Assembly (NCBI GenBank): GCA_031384895.1
Contig: JANNAZ010000248.1
Location: 1 to 63,794, forward strand
Direction: 5' to 3'
Length of the DNA stretch: 63,794 nucleotides
Source of the DNA: Cyclobacteriaceae bacterium
GTDB lineage: Bacteria; Bacteroidota; Bacteroidia; Cytophagales; Cyclobacteriaceae
Part shown: piece after piece, positions 60,743 to 63,794 of the stretch
Layout: the number at the start of each line of letters is the position of its first letter
Numbering within the stretch: position 1 is the first letter of the stretch
The notes under the pieces: generated by a model
Database searches by the model: none
What the model was told of the DNA's origin: nothing
Seen by the model: only the letters and a program-made list of their open reading frames with translations
Translations under genes and position numbers: made by a program

Positions 60743-60754
60743 GTACAAAAAGCT

Positions 60755-62620
60755 ATGTTCCCAGAATACGACATCATTGTAGTAGGAGCGGGGCACGCCG
60801 GCTGCGAAGCCGCTGCTGCTGCTGCAAACATGGGTTCCAAGGTCCTCCTGGTAACAATGAACATGACTACAATTGGTCAAATGTCTTGTAATCCAGCCAT
60901 GGGGGGTGTTGCCAAGGGCCAAATTGTAAGAGAAATCGACGCGCTAGGAGGCTATTCTGGCATTGTATCAGACAATTCCATGATTCAGTTTAGAATGCTT
61001 AATCGATCTAAGGGCCCCGCCATGTGGAGCCCAAGAAGCCAAAATGATCGTATGCTCTTTTCCCAAGAGTGGCGGTCGATGCTCGAACAGACGAAAAATC
61101 TAGACTTCTGGCAAGAAATGGTCACAGAGATCTTGATTGAGGATAAGATCGCGGTCGGCATAAAGACTGCCTTGGGTATTGAAATAAAGGCAAAAGCAGT
61201 CATCCTAACCAATGGAACTTTTCTAAATGGCAAGATCCATATTGGTGAAAAGAATTTCGGCGGTGGCAGAACGGCCGAGAAGGCATCAACAGGACTTACT
61301 GAAAGCCTGGAGAAAATTGGTTTCGCTTCTGGAAGAATGAAAACCGGAACGCCCCCCCGAGTGGATGGCCGATCTCTGGACTTCTCCAAGATGGAAGAAC
61401 AGCCTGGCGACGAGAACCCCAGCAAATTCTCGTTCCTTGACAAGACAAAACCTCCAACAAACCAGCTGAGCTGCTGGATTACCTATACGAACGAGCAAGT
61501 CCACCGGGAACTAGAAAAGGGCTTCGACAAGTCCCCTATGTTCCAGGGTAGAATTGAAGGTGTCGGACCTCGCTACTGCCCATCAATAGAAGACAAAATC
61601 AATCGCTTCGCCGATAGGGATAGACATCAGATCTTCGTTGAACCAGAAGGCTGGACTACAGTAGAAATCTATGTAAACGGCTTTTCAACGTCATTGCCCG
61701 AGGAAGTTCAATACAAAGCCATGACTAAAATACCTGGCTTTGAAAATGTTCGCATGTTCCGTCCAGGCTATGCAATTGAATATGACTATTTCCCGCCAAC
61801 TCAGCTAAAACTTACTTTAGAAACACAACTAGTTGATAATCTGTACTTTGCTGGTCAAATAAATGGTACGACAGGCTACGAAGAGGCAGCTTGCCAGGGA
61901 TTAATGGCAGGTATTAACGCACACAACAAAATCCTCAAAAAAGACCCATTCATTCTAAAGCGCTCCGAAGCCTACATCGGCGTACTCATTGATGACCTGG
62001 TAAACAAAGGTACAATTGAGCCCTACCGTATGTTTACTTCGCGTGCGGAGTACCGCATCCTTCTCCGTCAGGATAACGCCGACCTTAGGCTTACAGAAAA
62101 AGGACACGCACTCGGCCTGGCGACCCCCGATCGGCTGATCGCGCTCACACACAAAAAGTCCCAGCTCAAAGAAATAATTTACGCGCTGAACACCACGCGG
62201 ATCACACCGGAAGAAATTAATCCCGGATTGATAAGCATTAACTCTTCTCCCACAAAGGAAAAAACATCAGCTGCGAATCTGCTCCGAAGACCTGAAATAT
62301 CCATAAAGGAGTTACATAGTCTTCTTCCTCAAATGGCCACACTTTTTAGCCGCTTCCCAATCGAAGTAGCCGAACAAGCAGAGATTCTCCTCAAGTATGA
62401 ACCCTACATTGATCGGGAACAGAAGATGGCCGAAAAGATTGAAAGCCTCGACGGGTATAAGATCCATGATGACTTTGACTATGATCGCGTTAAGGCCCTA
62501 TCTTCAGAGGCTAGAGAAAAACTAAAAAAGATGAAACCGGCTACCATCGGCCAGATGTCAAGAATCAGCGGTGTATCTCCCGCCGATGTTTCAATAATGA
62601 CCATCTATCTCGGAAAGTAA
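60755..62620 (+). CDS. mnmG: tRNA uridine-5-carboxymethylaminomethyl modification enzyme MnmG/GidA
   Basis: GAGHAGCEAA, MSCNPAMGG, GPRYCPSIEDK and AGQINGTTGYEEAA motifs. Confidence 0.99.
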   Translation: MFPEYDIIVVGAGHAGCEAAAAAANMGSKVLLVTMNMTTIGQMSCNPAMGGVAKGQIVREIDALGGYSGIVSDNSMIQFRMLNRSKGPAMWSPRSQNDRMLFSQEWRSMLEQTKNLDFWQEMVTEILIEDKIAVGIKTALGIEIKAKAVILTNGTFLNGKIHIGEKNFGGGRTAEKASTGLTESLEKIGFASGRMKTGTPPRVDGRSLDFSKMEEQPGDENPSKFSFLDKTKPPTNQLSCWITYTNEQVHRELEKGFDKSPMFQGRIEGVGPRYCPSIEDKINRFADRDRHQIFVEPEGWTTVEIYVNGFSTSLPEEVQYKAMTKIPGFENVRMFRPGYAIEYDYFPPTQLKLTLETQLVDNLYFAGQINGTTGYEEAACQGLMAGINAHNKILKKDPFILKRSEAYIGVLIDDLVNKGTIEPYRMFTSRAEYRILLRQDNADLRLTEKGHALGLATPDRLIALTHKKSQLKEIIYALNTTRITPEEINPGLISINSSPTKEKTSAANLLRRPEISIKELHSLLPQMATLFSRFPIEVAEQAEILLKYEPYIDREQKMAEKIESLDGYKIHDDFDYDRVKALSSEAREKLKKMKPATIGQMSRISGVSPADVSIMTIYLGK

Positions 62621-63504
62621 TGAGCCAGGAAGACGTTCTCCGTTGCCCCATTTGTGAGAGCAGTTCCTTCAGCTTACTACACAAAAGCAAAGACTACACG
62701 GTAACTGGCGAGTTGTTCCACATTAAACAGTGCAAAACCTGTGCCTTGTTGATCACAAGCCCAAGGCCTACCGCAGAAACCCTATCGCGGTATTACCAAT
62801 CGGTGAAGTACATATCGCATAGCTCCGCAGGGTCAGGCCCATTCGGGTCAATTTACTTTCTCATAAGATATTTCACTCTCAAGTGGAAATTCGCGCTGAT
62901 CAAGCCATACCTACACGGTGGCTCGCTATTAGACTATGGTTGTGGTACAGGAAACTTTCTCAAAGAGGCAATACAAAACAATTGCGCGGTGCAAGGCGTT
63001 GAACCGTCAACCGAAGCAAGAAAAAAAATAAGCTCCCCGATACCAGTAGTCTCTTCGCTCCATGAACTTCCCAGTATCCAATTCGATGTCATTACCCTAT
63101 GGCACGTCCTTGAGCACGTCTCTGCGCTAAGCGAAACCCTTCGCCACCTCAATCACCGATTAGGCAATCGTGGCACTATTTTTATAGCGGTACCAAACTG
63201 GGAATCATATGACGCAGCGCACTATCATCATCAATGGGCCGGCTATGATGTCCCTAGACACCTATGGCATTTTTCAAAGAACAGCATGGAGGCCCTAATC
63301 CAAAAAGAAGGGCTTCGTATTATTAAAGTCATCCCAATGAAACTCGATGCCTACTATGTCAGCATGCTGAGCGAGAAAAATGCCAACGGGGGCCGGCTCT
63401 CCATCATCAGGACATTAGGTGCGATATGGGTTGCTTTCGTTTCAAACCTACGCGGAAGAGAAAAAAAGAATCAATCGAGTCTCATCTTTGTGGTCCAGAA
63501 ATGA
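62620..63504 (+). CDS. class I SAM-dependent methyltransferase
   Basis: CPIC...CKTC, LLDYGCGTG, ITLWHVLEH and YDVPRHLWHF motifs. Confidence 0.92.
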   Translation: MSQEDVLRCPICESSSFSLLHKSKDYTVTGELFHIKQCKTCALLITSPRPTAETLSRYYQSVKYISHSSAGSGPFGSIYFLIRYFTLKWKFALIKPYLHGGSLLDYGCGTGNFLKEAIQNNCAVQGVEPSTEARKKISSPIPVVSSLHELPSIQFDVITLWHVLEHVSALSETLRHLNHRLGNRGTIFIAVPNWESYDAAHYHHQWAGYDVPRHLWHFSKNSMEALIQKEGLRIIKVIPMKLDAYYVSMLSEKNANGGRLSIIRTLGAIWVAFVSNLRGREKKNQSSLIFVVQK

Positions 63505-63794
63505 AGCGCTTCATCCTACAACAAGCTATCCCTGTACTGCTCCTCTTTCTCTGGTGTACATGTGCTAACGTCAAAACCCCAAGCGGGGGTCCCAAAGATA
63601 AAAGACCACCAAGGCTAGTTGCCTCAATACCCTCGTCCAAACAACTAAATTTTAAAAGCGTAGCCGTTGAGTTAACGTTTGACGAAGCCATTAAACTCAA
63701 TAACCCAAAAGAAGAAATAATAATTAGTCCATCACCCGGAAAAGATGTTGAATTTCGTGTAAAGGGTAATACCGTCTCCATTCTACCACTGACC
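63501..63794 (+). CDS. Ig-like (Big_5) domain lipoprotein, partial
   Basis: Not in the ORF track because it runs off the edge: MKRFILQQAIPVLLLFLWCTCANVKTPSGGPKDKRPP...LTFDEAIKL. ATG overlaps the upstream TGA. Confidence 0.85.
   Translation, partial: MKRFILQQAIPVLLLFLWCTCANVKTPSGGPKDKRPPRLVASIPSSKQLNFKSVAVELTFDEAIKLNNPKEEIIISPSPGKDVEFRVKGNTVSILPLT

Noticed and set aside
1-63794. Programmed recoding or an alternative genetic code explaining the broken genes
   Set aside because: The junctions share no slippery motif, and all conserved genes read and terminate normally under code 11.

Overview
Core-chromosome segment of a Bacteroidota bacterium, most consistent with Cytophagales. The evidence is gldJ, repeated TAnnTTTG promoter motifs, and the DUF4175-RsbW-ybeY-mnmG gene order. 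It holds about 58 densely packed genes, including fumC, recJ, lptB, gdhA, glyA, tatC, rpiB, rbfA, an SNF2 helicase, radA, a czc-type heavy-metal RND efflux operon, mfd, gldJ, ybeY and mnmG. I saw no rRNA, tRNA, CRISPR array, integrase or transposase. The window looks origin-proximal: two parS palindromes lie directly upstream of mnmG, and an AT-rich intergenic region near 14.5 kb carries DnaA boxes plus an IHF consensus (candidate oriC). The best candidate for an undescribed system is a probably leaderless, exported His/Asp/Met-rich ORF ending in IFQPPRG just upstream of the czc operon. Its QPPRG codons themselves form a hairpin followed by a pyrimidine-rich tract, which suggests a metal-sensing ribosome-arrest attenuator. 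Other oddities are a class A beta-lactamase-fold protein lacking Glu166 with a ~35-aa omega-loop insertion, a split CzcA/TolC, three disrupted genes, an unannotated 43-aa secreted peptide, and a Gly-x-x secreted protein coupled to recJ. All calls come from reading the sequence and recalled family motifs; no searches were run.
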